The notes: a model not told the origin generated them from the letters alone. 64,000 bases of DNA from Sphyrna mokarran (GCA_024679065.1 JAGIQG010000005.1:79732001-79796000), one strand, 5' to 3'; shown: positions 10,861-24,404, numbered from the stretch's first letter. Numbers and translations are program-made.

Positions 10861-13619
10861 CAATTTCCAATCTCTCTGTTCTACAATCTCTCTGTCTCAA
10901 GTAAGCGCCATTCCAAAATTCAGCTTCTAATTTATTATGCTTAAGCCATTGAAGATCACTGTCAATCCATTTGCTATTTTTGTTTCAGTAGTATTGAAAG
11001 ACAAGCATTTGGTGATCACGTAAAATTAAGTTGTTGGTTTAAAGCAGCTCTACTAATGGTTCAATGTGTTTTGATGGGGATCTAGTTGGGATATTGTAAT
11101 TGGGTTCAGAGCACTTCTAATCAGGAGAAGAAAAGCAAATCAGATTCCCGTTAGTGATCATTATCAAGTATGACACAATAGAAGACACATGTGCAATTGC
11201 TGAGTGACAGGATCTTGATCACGGTGCCCCCAACAATAAAATCTCTAATACCCAATGTCAATGTATTGTAATGTCTCCACATACTCTGTCTGTAACATCA
11301 GAATGCTCACTAGACAAAGTAACAAAGGGTGGCAACTCCCTGGAAACTGTATACTGGTAAGAAGTCATTGTCTTCAGCTGATGAGATACTAGGACAAAAT
11401 TAATGCTCCAAACAAATTGTTGGTATTCCATTCTTTCTTTCCCTTCCCTCGTCTCAGGTACAACGTTTTGTTTGAACTACATTTGATAAAACCTTTGTAC
11501 GTAAGAAATCATGATCAATTGTAATTTTCAGATGAATCAGGGTTAGGAGGTAAGAGATTGGGACAGAGTGTGCTAAAATCATTCAACCTTCATTTTGAAG
11601 TTATACTTTTTGTCCTTTTTGTAATACATTACTTGCTTTCATCTGACTGTTTATGGTTAAATGAACCTGCAGCAAATTGTGAAGCAGAGAAGTAGATTTG
11701 GTCACAACATTGCAATTTCTGCGCAATGTAAAACTGAGGCACTTTAGCCCTCAACACTGACAGGTATAATTATAGAGTGACACACTGACATAGGCAATTT
11801 CCAATAAAAACGTTGGCATAGGAATTTATAACAAGGAATGGTTGACACAAAGGTGCAATAAAAATGTGGCAATGGGAAGTAAAATTTTGCAAGTAAAATC
11901 TTGTATTTATTTGACCTTGTTATGGCTCCCTGAGAGGAATGATCAGTTCATGTATTTTATCAATAGAATGGCGGAATGGATGTTGATCAGGATACTGGAA
12001 GATTTCTTTGGATAATCTCATAAAATCTTTAATCGTGATCTGAACAAAGCCTCAATGTTTCTCTTGGGAAAGATAGTTGCTCATTGCTGACTAAGCTTCT
12101 CAGCACCTTCCTTTTTTTGCATTTTTCATCTGCTTACAGAACTAATTGAGCTAACTAAAGTCTTAGGAATTCAGTGAGTTTTCTTTTCCGGAAGAATGAT
12201 GCTATACTTATATTCGAGGATGAACTGAATACTAGGGTGGTTCTATTCCTGTTCTGTGGCTGCAGAAACTGTCCCATGAAATTCCAGGGTGTTTTTATTC
12301 AGAAATGATTCCTTTTTAGAGTGACTAAGCGACTCTACAGTGTCTCACTGAAGCTGATATCTTCCTCATGGGGCTGGCAATTGGGGGGCCAGTGACTGGG
12401 GCGAGATGCATAAGAAACCGATCTCCCAGTATACCGGAAGATCAGCATTTGTGCAGTGGCCCCTTCAGCAATCTGATGCTTCCCCCTCCATCCTTTACTG
12501 GCATAAATCTCCTGATGGCCTCATTAAACTGTGTCTTCCCGCCCATTGAGCATTCATATTTTTTTGGGAAAATCATGCCTATAATCTTTGGCCTATTTTC
12601 AGGTCTAGAATGAGCATTATACATAGAAAGTGGATCTGAGATGAGACTGAAATTGGGTTGTAGGCATCATTAATGTTATTTGAATAAGGCAAGGCCATCT
12701 GTTATGTCTCCACAGGCAGATTGCTCATTTGGAAGGGATGAATTTTGGGCCAAGTGCCTGACTGGCAATGGCCCAGAGGTAGATTTTGGTCAGGATGGTG
12801 TGACCACAGGACAGAAGTTGGGGGTGGGGTGGTGTGGGGAGATGCCATCTGGATATGTGCTAGGTGCAATGTGGAGTCAGAAGAGCAGACCCATTTCTCC
12901 TGATACCAAAGGAACATATTTAAATTTAAAAACAAATGATCTTTTGTTGATGGCCATTGAAAAGTCTGGAGTGAAGAAGATAAAGCCTAGCTCCTACTCA
13001 GCAGTATCATACCCAGGTTCCTGAGTAGAGGAGGCCGAAAACATGTGCCAGACCCTGTTTATAAATGTAAGGTGCCTAATGTTATTTTCAGTACCTGTGA
13101 TTGATGCCTGGAACAGAACACATTCTAGTGTCATTTTGGACTTGGGATATTAATACGTGAAATTATCACTCATGTCCATTTTTAACCCATAAGATGGATT
13201 GTGACAATTTCAAAAGCTGATGCTTATCATTGATATTTAACTGGTGTTGACTGCCTTCCACATTCTACACTAAGGGACATCAGATCTGAAATAGTCAGGT
13301 TGCGTCATAATGTGATTTTGCCAACAAAAAAATTCTTCAATGTACATATTGAAATTGTATGATATTGTTTTGGCTAAAAGATGAAAAAAGGTGCAAAATG
13401 ACTGCTATACTAATAAGAACAACCTACTTGAAAGTCTGAATTTATCACATTTTTCAGTGTTAATTGCTGATTGACATACTTCAGATTTGCCCAGAATTGC
13501 TAAACCAGAAACCTGCAGGTTGACCTTGCAAGTGCTGATAAAATGCAAATTCAAAGAGCAGCAAATGTGGACCCCTTGGCATCCACTTCCACTGAGAGAG
13601 TGGAGAGGTCTGCTTGGCA

Positions 13620-13715
13620 TGAGGGGGAAGAGTGCCTAGATTTTCAGATGCAGCACTGAAGATCCTGGTGAAGGAGGTCCAAAGGAGGTCAGATGTCCTA
13701 TTTCTGCAGGGTAGG
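13620..13715 (+). mobile_element. PIF/Harbinger-type Myb/SANT-like (NAIF1-like) N-terminal remnant
   Basis: PRFSDAALKILVKEVQRRSDVLF matches the F-x3-L-x2-L-V-x-E-V-x5-(V/I)LF first helix of Harbinger DNA-binding proteins; the rest is lost. Confidence 0.6.
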
Positions 13716-14319
13716 AAAGCACAATTTGGCTTCATAGTACTTCTGTTTCTCTTGCCTGAAGCTGCTCATGTTGCCCTCACTGGCCTGATGTGCTTTTCCC
13801 ACTCCTCATCCTCACCAAGGAGGACCCATGCTATGCAAGTGTCCATCTTATCAAGATAATTTGCAAGGTTACCATATATAAAGGGAACAACATTTATACT
13901 CATACATAGGGCATAAAGTGACATCACACTTGTGTGTCTTGGGCAGCCCATATATATGCAGATACAGTGAGCCATGAAGATGAACTCTATCATATATACC
14001 AGCAGCTTCTTGTTCTTACACAAATCCAGCGAGCATTTTTAAGCTGTCTGGACTTTCTGAGTGGCATGTTCAATGGATACAAATTTGGACTTCTCTTTAA
14101 GAATAGCTTGCAGTCACACTTGTTAAGGATGGCTATTTCAGTCTCTATCGGAATTACAGATTGGTATATCTGGGTTAGCCTCGAGTCTTCACAACACAAT
14201 CAGACATTAGCGTTCCACATGAAAATTGGCCAAGTTGTTCAGAATCCTGCAATATTAGATTGGCTAGGCACACTTTCAACAGTATAGCTCGATTAATAGG
14301 TAAGTTGAGAACAAGATAG

Positions 14320-14748
14320 CTATCCATCAAATTTGAATCAGGTTTGGAGTATGGCACACTTATGCATTAAACAAGCTACATATATATACATGGCATTGTT
14401 CTTTGCAGACAGCAAGAACTCGTATACACATTGTACCTGTTTTAATGAAAGAACATAAGCAACAGTCATTCTCAGATTTGTTCACCAAGACAATGCCTTG
14501 ATCAATCAGCCAACCTGCTTGGTTGGAATTTAAACAAAGCTTGGCAATTAACTGTCAGTCACCAAGTTAACTGGTGCATTCTCGGCGGTAATATCCCTAC
14601 CAATCACAGATCACTCTTAACTAATCAGCACTGTCTTCTCATGGAGAAATAAATAGTTGTTCCCTTTACACCTAGTATCCTTGCGAATTGTCCTGATAGA
14701 TGCAAGATGAAAAGCTTTAAAAACGTGTCTTTTTTCAACAATGCTCAA
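14320..14748 (+). mobile_element. Penelope-like element 3' end (GIY-YIG C-terminus remnant plus pLTR with degenerate hammerhead)
   Basis: Remnant AHLCI..ATYIY..VLCRQQELVYTLYLF*; downstream TTGTC-CTGATAG-ATGCAAGAT-GAAA-AGCTT at ~14688-14717. Confidence 0.65.
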
Positions 14749-17700
14749 ACGTTATGGTTGTAGAAGCTTTACAATTTAAATCCATTCCGCCATTCTATTT
14801 TTGTTTTAAAGACCGATAGAAAGAAAAACAGGATGTGGCTAAATATTTTATTCTTCCACCTTGTTATGGTCCATTGCCCAGTTGAGGACGAATAGATTCT
14901 CAACTCATAATGTCTGTTGTCTGGGGAACAATTTCATTGTTAGAAGTGAACAGAGGTTAAAAATATAGGTATTTCAAAAATATACATGTATTTACTTTTT
15001 GAACAATTTCAAAGTATATCTTTACACGGTATGTAATGTGAAAACAAGTACAAACAATACAGCTCACAGATCACTCAACGCATTAATTTCCTTTCTGTGG
15101 TCCCAGTATCTGTTGATCCGCACCCTTTCTATAACCAACGAGATTTAACTGCTTACATGACTTCAAGTTTTTGATTCTGATAGATGGTTTGACTTGATGT
15201 TTACAATCTTTCATGTCTTTACCTATGCTGATTCATCTGCTGTGTGTTTTAGCTTTTTTTATTTCAGATTTCCAGCATTTTCTTTGTGATTTTGTTTTTT
15301 CACTGTGGATTACCATTCTCTTTCAGGAGTTACATGTCTTTGTTCTTTAGAATGTGATTTTTATTTGGTCTTTTTGATTTATTCACTATATTTTTAATGC
15401 GTTTCTTTGTATAATAGCTATGCAGTTAACAAGATCCTTGGTTATATCATGAGGAGAATGCCCATGGGATTTTCCTGATCCCACTTCTCTGTAGGTTTGA
15501 CCAATCTTAGCTCACTCAAAGAAGATTCATGGATGTCAGACTTTAGGGTTTTAGTTCAAGGATGGATTGGGAATCCCAAGGCAGGATGGGAGGTGGATAG
15601 GGCATCAGGTTCTGGAGCCCAGGGATAGGGGAAACAGAAAAAGGTTGCCATCTTGGGAGAGTGCTCCTTATGGAGACAGGAAACCCTCAGGGGGACATCC
15701 CCTCTTTCTTCCCAACTTTTAGCCTAAGGTTGTGAAACAGTGGCCAGGCCTCCATCCCTCTGCCTTCCTCAGCCACAAGTATTATTGTGGCTGAGTTGGA
15801 AAAAGGCAATTAACTTGTCATTATTCCAATTAAGAGCCTCAAAAAGCCTAGGAGAAGATGGGCTCGCTAATGCCTTAAAGAACAGTTCAGGGTGGGCAGG
15901 AAGGTGGTGGGCAAATCACCCATTCTATTATACATGTCACTCATTCAGGGTCATAACTGTCAGACCATTGATGGAAAGGAGAAATATCTACACTAAATTG
16001 TTTGTGGCAATTTCTGTGACCAGCACATCCCAGTGCTTACATTCTGGGATGATTAAAAAAAGGCACCAATGCCCTCACTCCTGCCCCTCAAATGCCATTG
16101 AGAAGATACCTCCATATCTTATGGATCCCAGCATAATCAAGGAAGCCTGTCCACCATTGGAAGTGCCATAAACTTTACCTCAATTTCCTTAAAGGATCCT
16201 TAATGGGCCAAGTTGGACCCAGGGGGTGTGTAGTCACTATCTCACTGAGCCCATCTCCAGAAAGAATGAGTACTAGGAAGTAGGAACGGAAAAGGAACAT
16301 TTCTCTGAACATTCCTCCAGGTCACAGCTCTAAATCCACCTCAGCCAGGCCAGGGTGATTCCATCCACTTGTTTGCTCATCAGCAAAGATGCTGCCATGT
16401 CTTGCCCAAGCAAAGCTGACTTGAGAATCAATGAGAATCCCTTTCTCATACAATATAAATTGTATTCCCTTTGAAATTTAACATTCTTGTTTGAGTTCTG
16501 ATATGTGCAAGGTGAAAAGCTTTCACTGCATGTCAACAACACTCAACAACACTTTTTTCAACAACACTCAAATTTTGTACTATCAAGCAAGCAATTGTCC
16601 ATCATTTAAATGCTAAATATTTTTTAAGATGTTGTTTCTATTCCTGAAATGGATAATGGAAATATGGCTACAAAGTAGGAAAGGTAAGTGAAGGACGGGC
16701 AAGTATGGGTAAAGTTTGCATTGTCCTGTCAGGAAATTAGTGATGGAGTGGAACTAATATCTGAGCCCCATGTGATTTCTCTCCCAATCTGCTGAAAATC
16801 AATTGGACTTTCCAATGCAAAATACCCTCTGATGGTTCTGTGGTCTTTAACTTTTCACAATCCTTGATTTCCTGAATAATGGTTTTGGCCTCAACAGTAC
16901 TCCACTTACTGATTATCCCATAAGCAATAATTTTTCTCTGCTTGGCACAACAATGTTTGCTGTGTATTTTCTCCCCTAAATCTTTCTTGTCTGACTCTCA
17001 CTAAGAGGTTACAAGCAGCAAGAACAGCTGTGTTTTATGCATAGGTGTTAAAACTTCTGCCTTACCTCACTGCAACATGTGGGCTTGTCTGTGGGCAGAC
17101 TTCGTACAAAATCACATGCTTCTCTCCACAACTCGATTTTAACTTGAGATAGTTTAAAGTTTAAAGATAGTTTAACTATCTCTAAAGGAGATAGTTTAAA
17201 ACATAACCATCTTATAACATCCAGCAGTCATAACTCCAGGTTATTCTCCATTAGCATGAAGGCAGTAAATACAAGAGATATGCTTTTGTGCTGGTGTCTG
17301 GCTTACTTTAATTTCCTTGGAAAGTCATTCCACCTCATCCAATATTTTGTGAGAACTATTCGAGTAATGCCGATTGCAAAACTATCTTTGCAAAAGCCGT
17401 CATGAAAGCCCAAAATCTCTTGTAGGGTTTCCTGATCTCAGTGCCTAACAATCTTCCGGCCTTCATTTCAGTCAATGTTCTCAAATACATCTGAAAAGCT
17501 AGTGCCCTTCTGACAATGGTCTACCTGAGGTTGTTTCACAGTCAAGACATTTAGTTACAGGCAACCACTGCCAACTGGAAACCTTGCTCCCTTTGACTGG
17601 TTGTAATGCTTCAATGCTGCAGCCCTGAATTGTTCTCTCTCCCTGAAATGTCTATAAGGAAGGATATTACTGCTCTAAATCCTCCCTTGATGCATAATGA

Positions 17701-20236
17701 GAAACTTTTAACAGATTAGGAAAAGAAAAATCACTTGAATGGATATTAGTTCACTCCAGTACTAACTTCCCAAGAGCACAATGCAACCTTTCCAGCCCTC
17801 CCACCATTGGAACTGTCTGGTCTCACTGAAGGTCAATGGACCTTAGACTTGCTCACCACATCATGTGCAACGGGTCCCACTGTGACAAAAAATGCTGGCT
17901 GTAATGATTAGCCAATATTTGATTTTAGTTATTTATTACAGTAAAAGTCTTAAAACATGGAATCTTTTCAAATGATGCTTTGAGTCAATGTCTGGGAGAT
18001 TAATATGTCTTTAAAAAGGTAGCAATCTCCATGGAGATCATAACACTGCTGAAAACACTTAAGAATCATCTTAACCACCAATCTTCCTGTCAACTTACAT
18101 AGCTAGTCTTCAGGGAGGCTGAAATTGAATGGACAAGGCATTTGCTCCTTTCATCTTTGGTTAGTGATGGCCCTGTGGGTAACCAAAGTCATATGACCAT
18201 AAATGGTCTCAAACTTTATACATTACTGATTCTTCCATTCTTGCCATGATAAAATTTCCAATAATAACGAATGACTACTAGTGACAGGTTATTAATCTGG
18301 CCATTATGTTGCTTTATATTTTTTTCCTAGAATGCTTTTGTTTAACTAGTAAAAACTATTACTGTATTAGGATGAAGTCATAGTTTTGTCAAACCTGCAA
18401 TGTCTTTGCGAGCAATTAATAGTAATTCCATGTTCTGACTCAGCTGTATCAGTTGTGCAGAAAGAGGACATATAGACAGATAAGCGCTGTGTGGGGAGTG
18501 ATACAGGAAACACACCCCCGTATCATAACCAAATGGTTTTGTGATTCTGGTTAAAGCAAAACTAGTTTGGTGTAAGTGTGGATGTGGGTAGCAGTTGACT
18601 GTCAGAATAGAAAGGGTTTGCTGATCGTTAGCATAGGCTAGAAATCAAAGAACAGGTGTAAGAGCATGATGTGCTAAAACCACTGTACCCTGTTCCCACA
18701 AATTACGAAACTATTAATTCTTTCTGTAATTCACTGGTCGATAAAGATATTAAATTATCTTCATTGTTGTGAACTTCATTATTCAATAACCTAAACCAAA
18801 AGACTCTGACTTTATGATGCTGCAGTCTGAACATTATCATAGAATGCATGTGCTCACCTGGAGACAGGGTTCATGCCATTCACATTTCTTGACATTGCCT
18901 TCTTCCCCTTCAAAGGCAAATCTCAGTAATTACATGAGCAATATGATCAGGGAGAAGAACCATCACACAGAACTCTGAGTTTGTGGGAGAGGCAGTCTCA
19001 TAGTTTCAGATGAATAGCAGAGACTGTGAGAGCTGTTACAGTTGAAGGCAAATTCGCAGTAGCAAATTGATAAAAGTTGGGCAAAGCTTATTACACCTAA
19101 TCTCAATTTTGTGTATTTTCTCCAAGTATCACTATACAAAGCACCTGTTTTTTTTTAAAGCATAACATCACCTTCTTCATAATTAAATAAGCTCCTCAGT
19201 ATTTAATTTTGTAGAGGAAGGAGGAAGAAGCCCACCTCTTCGATGACTAAAAGATACAGCCTTTGTCACTGTCACAATCCCTCTTAGATATCTTAGACTG
19301 AAGGAATACCTGCCCAGTGCAGGGAAGCAATTCAGAAGGGTTTTCAAAGGGTGTGGCAAAAAGCAGTAATGTGAATGGGGACATAGAAAAGCTGGAGGGT
19401 GTGAACAGAAATGCTTCATTCCAGAAATCTCACATTTCTTTTCATCAGTCTTGTTTCCTTCATAGCATAAGATTCAAGATAAGATAAGTTCTTACTGGAT
19501 AATTGTGGTCTCAACATATCGTAGACTGGACCAAAGTGAGCAACAAATGTTTCTGACTGGAACTCCTATGTATCATAAAAAAGGCCCTGCTATATCGAAC
19601 CTGAAAGTGCAAAGTAAGGATACCAAGTGCCTGGATGCAAAGGCATTCATTTCTCAGCTTGATCCAGCAAGAAAAACAAATATCAAAAGAGTGAGTCAGT
19701 TATCACAATATAAAACACATTATAAAAATAAAATAGAAATCTCAAAAAGGTGTGATAGATGCCATGGTGTTAGAGAAGTAGCCCTGCTCCCAGGTCTGAA
19801 CTCTCAAAGTTCAACAAACATCAATATCTCAAGGCTCCTCATTTGAATGAGTGTTCCTCCAGCTAAGTCATTTGGAAAACATCTTATAGGAGTGCTAGAA
19901 CAATGAAAGAAAAACAATCATTATGGGTTAGCACATGGGTGACAAATTATATTATTGAAAGGAGATTTTTCTATTTTCAAATTTATCTGTAGTATGGTTT
20001 ATTGCAGATTTTGAGCCTTAAATACCAAGAAGTCACGTATATAATAGTTAACTCAGAGGTTGGAGATTCTGAATTGCAGGGTGGGAAGGCAGTGAGACTG
20101 TTGATGCAGAGGAGAATTGGGGAAGGTTTGAGTGAAATGAATAAATCAAGTAATACACTGGACAATTAATTGATCCAGAAGATTTTTTTTACTGCAAACT
20201 GGCGTCTTCAGGATTTCTCTTCTGCTTCTTCCTCAC

Positions 20237-20320
20237 CTACATTTGAATTCTCCTCATTAAATAAGGACAAATCCTCTGGCTGTCTTTCCTCTGGTGTATT
20301 ACTCTTTTCACAGTCAGGTT
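20237..20320 (-). other. Candidate 84-nt symmetric (phase 1-1) exon of an unidentified minus-strand transcript
   Basis: TGCATCTTGTAG acceptor, TAG|GTGAGG donor, open acidic frame PDCEKSNTPEERQPEDLSLFNEENSNV; lies in largely non-repetitive sequence; no homology recognised. Confidence 0.3.
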
Positions 20321-20489
20321 CTACAAGATGCAACACATAATTACAAAATGGGAGACTCTCTGTGAACTGCCTTGCTCAAGACCCCAGATGTATTCATACA
20401 TCAAAAATGTTGCTCGAGATATGTAATAGTGTTCTTTGCATTGATTAATCAAACAACTTTCTTAGGAAATTCAAGATCATAAATTTTAT

Positions 20490-20885
20490 GAGGTGGAGAC
20501 GTCGGCATTGGACTGGAATGGGCACAGTAAGAAATCTCACTAAGCCAGGTTAAAGTCTAGTAGTGTGACACTACTTGTAACCCCCACCACGCTGTCTGGG
20601 TTTGTAAAATCCTATGAACTGTGCTGGCTTGAGACCATTCACACCTCTTTAACCTGTGAGTATTCCCTCTCTTGATGCACATTGTTTGTACCTGTAAAGC
20701 CTTGATTACCTGTAAAGAGTCACATTCCAATCATTCTTCACATTCCAATCTGTAATTATCCTGCAATTGTGTCTTTGCCTATATATGCCATGTCTGTGAA
20801 CTAACTTCCATTCACCTGATGAAGGAGCAGCACTCCGAAAGCTTGTGATTCCAAATAAATCTTTTGGACTTTAACCTGGTTTGTG
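20490..20885 (+). mobile_element. Short non-coding Penelope-like insertion: pLTR plus short inverted pLTR end and terminal extension
   Basis: 11-bp TSD ATAAATTTTAT (20479-20489, 20886-20896); inverted ends CCAGGTTAAAGTC / GACTTTAACCTGG; left extension homologous to 48594-48640; hammerhead motif followed by AATAAA. Confidence 0.85.
20812..20848 (+). ncRNA. Minimal type I hammerhead ribozyme motif (Penelope type)
   Basis: UCAC-CUGAUGA-A-GGAG-cagca-CUCC-GAAA-GC-UU-GUGA: helix I UCAC/GUGA, helix II GGAG/CUCC, helix III replaced by the palindrome AGCU. Confidence 0.8.
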
Positions 20886-22989
20886 ATAAATTTTATAGAT
20901 CATGGATAATATTGATATTGGAAGAAGTACTCTGGAAAGTTTTCCTGGATGCTCTCAGAAGTCCTCTATAGTACAAATGGCTATAAGGGGTTATCAGTAT
21001 GGGTGTAGGAGCAATGAGTTAAATCTGACAAATTGTGAAAAAAATCTTTGAAGACAGACCACGAGATGAGGATTATCCGCTTGATGGAATTCACTTTAAT
21101 GAACTTTTTAAGAAAGTTTAAAATCTATGACATAGAAGATAATTGCCTTTAAACGCAAAACAAGTAGGATATATTAATGATTATTCTGTTGCTAGTAAAA
21201 GATATATTAATAGTGAAACAAACAGAACTGTGAAAACAACTTAAAATAGTAGAAAATCAACTATTCAAATTACCTTGGACATGGCAAGGCATACCATGAC
21301 ATTGGTCAATGATCAGATACAGGTTGCAAAGGTATTTTGTTTATTCTTTTTCAATATCATGTAACACACTATGCTTGTACTAATTATATGTGATTGTTTC
21401 ACAAATAATGAAGAACTACTGTCTGTGTAATCTTAAGGAATGTGTGTGTGTGTAGTGGTGTTACGGAACTAGTAATCCAGAGATTGGAATAATAACCATG
21501 AAAGTATGAATTGAAAACTTACCTTGGAAATAAAGAAATCCAACATAAACCTTAATCAATTTCAATGCTAAGACTCACCATAAGCAAATAGATTTATAAG
21601 CTGGTAATCAGGGAGGTTATTCTTTCCTTAATTACAAAGACAGTATGAGATTATGATTAAATAACTGTGATTTGCTCTGCAAAATTCACTTACTGTCTTT
21701 AAAATAAAATCTTTTAATGATTTGTTTCTGGACTCTCTCTGTAAATGTATTTTCCTGAGCCCACATTTTAGAACATTGGTGAAATGCAAATAAAGGTACC
21801 AACAATGATCACAACATCCACTTTGTCAAATACTGTTACTGGGTCCTGCTATTGTAAAGCTACATACTGATTAATAGACATTAACTCCTCAGTGTAGATT
21901 CATTTAAAGGACAGATTGATGATACAAATCTGAGAGAATATATTTCAGGCAGATCCAAAATTTGTTACGTATTCCTTATAATAAAGTAAACATTAATAAC
22001 ACTTGAACACAATAGCTTTCAAAATGCAAACAATTATGCCATAGTTAGAGATTCAAAAGTACATAAATTGAATAACAGTTAATGGTACCATCTTAGGAAC
22101 ACAACTTGCAGATATTAAATGTCTCTCTCCACTTCTTTAATGGAGCATTAAGCTGCTTAAAATAAGTGGATTCATATAGAAGAAATATAGACACAAATTT
22201 GGTGCAAGGCTATTTTTTTTGGTAACTTTGTCAACAGTAACTGTTCAAACCAGTTGCTTGCACTTAATATTTCTAACATGTCATCATCAACCGAATGAGT
22301 TGCACTCCTACAACCTGACCAGAGTTACAATTTTAAATTTGTGTGGGCTGAGCAGTTTGCAGCTGTCTGCTTTCACACATACACACAGCTTTGTTCTGTT
22401 TTCCTGGCAGTTTATGCTATTGTATATAGGATGCAGCAGGTTCTTTGCAATGGAATTGAATTATTTCACACTGATCAAAGAAAAACTTCCCAGAATCTCC
22501 GGATGGGGGATTGATGAGCTCCCCGGATAGTCAGGGAAAATCTCTGTAACTTCTCCATCAAAGTGATGGGGTCTGACTGAGAATAGCCCTGAGGAGAGTC
22601 ACAGTAGCTGAATTTACTGGCACATTTTGTTATGTTGTACAGGGAACATTAGGGGACTTAATCTTTCTGGATTGTTCTGGTATCACAATAAATTAAAGAC
22701 AAAACACGTTTTTAAAAATGTTTTATTTCAGATCATTGAAGTGTCCTGGCTGCAGTAAATAAAAAATACTGAAAAACAGGATGTTGTCTGGGTGACAGGA
22801 AACCTTTGCACACAACATGGGCTGGATTTTGCTCTGAGCTTTGGGATCCAAATGGGGGTCTTGAGTTTACTGTTGCCTACTGAAAGACCAGCCATGGAGT
22901 TCAATGCCATGGGGGCTCAGTTCCCAACTCTTTTGAGTTAACCAATTAAATTAAGTCAAATAAATTAAGAGATGAAGTAAAAGGGACAG

Positions 22990-23570
22990 CAGTTTAAAGA
23001 GGAACTGCCTTAAACAAAAACAAATAACAAATTAAAGTTTAAAAATCGAACCAAATGTGGTTAACAAGGTCGATAAGGCACTCGGTCCCTTTGATGCCTC
23101 TGGACCCCCCATGCTCCCTCACCAGGGATATTCAACAGTGAATGTAGCCACAGTAGAGGGGCAGGCAGTCAGGTTGGATAACCCCCTGGATCGCCTCCTG
23201 CCTGGACCTGTTTATGGCAAGTTTGGTCAGGCCCAGAAGCAAGATCACAAGGAGGTTCTCCTCATTCTTCACCTCTCTCCACACTGGTTATCCATGGATC
23301 AGGAGCATGGGGCTGAAGGGCAAACAAAGCTCTAACAAAAGATTTTTTAAACAATTAAAAAGGGGGTGTAATCCAAGGCAACTTATGTACGTATGGTTCA
23401 TGGACTCTACAAGATCGCAAAAGGATAGGTATCTTGGGAGTCTGTAAACCAAGTATTCTCCGATTGTATGGGACTGCTGCATGCAATACCCTCCGCCACA
23501 GGTCCCAAATGTTAAGCAGGAGGCCTCCTCTGTAGAGGGCAATTCCCAAAGGATGAACTAGTGGGTGCCA
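22990..23570 (-). mobile_element. Tx1/L1-group non-LTR element, 3' end of ORF2
   Basis: SFCDLVESMNHTYISC (degenerate CCHC zinc knuckle) followed by EENLLVILLLGLTKLAINRSR; then T-rich 3' region. Confidence 0.75.
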
Positions 23571-24404
23571 ATCCATGGCAGAATCATGTATTTCAACACT
23601 GACTTAATGGGCATAATTCACATATTCACAAATTCACATATCAGTGAAGTGACTTTCTCCTGTGCAAGTGAAGCTCACCTGGAGAGGGGGGTAAAAATGA
23701 CTGGCCTCATCACCCTTTCTGAGTCAAGGTCTTCTTGCCCTCATAGAGCTAATCACCACTCTATGTCAGAATCCCCACATTGCCCATCCAGCCTGGTATA
23801 TTACTACACCTCACCTTGAGCCAGCAGTCAACCCTGTGCTGATTCTGTGGATTTTCCCAAACCACTTCCAGCTGCCAATCCAGAAAAGCTATTCCTCAGA
23901 GGAACCATTACAAAACCCCGGTCGTGACCCAGGATGCACAAAGTCCATACCAAGCGGCACACCCCTTGAAGACCAAGAGCACCACAATAATGAAGGCCCA
24001 CAGAGGCTTGCGAGCAGCAAACCTTCCAGGTGCCAAGGTTAAAACTTCCACCCTCATCCCTGAGAATAACTTGGATGGTTCCCCCATGCCCTCTCTGGTG
24101 TCCCCTTTCCAATGGACTCCCTGATGCATAGTGATGACCTGTGCATTCACCTCCAATATATCCCCATTCAAAGATGAAATTACCAGGTTCACAATTTTAT
24201 GGAGCCGTTGTAAAAAATTGGTGTGGATTGTATATTCAATGAGAATGGAAGAGCAGACAAGATGGGTTACTTAAGATATTTTAATTGATTAAAATGAGGT
24301 TCTCGCTCTTCCTTGGTGGGAATCTTGTTAGGTCACTGGTGAGAAGCATGGAAAATTGGGAAAAGAGATGGATAAATTCACTAGATGTGGTAGCATCTGT
24401 GAAA

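Noticed and set aside
12230-13210. Weakly palindromic, MITE-like stretches
   Set aside because: Only short inverted matches are present (e.g. CTACTCAG/CTGAGTAG); termini and TSDs could not be defined.
23830-24190. Cluster of overlapping ORFs that might be a transposase remnant
   Set aside because: No DDE or RT motif could be read with confidence.
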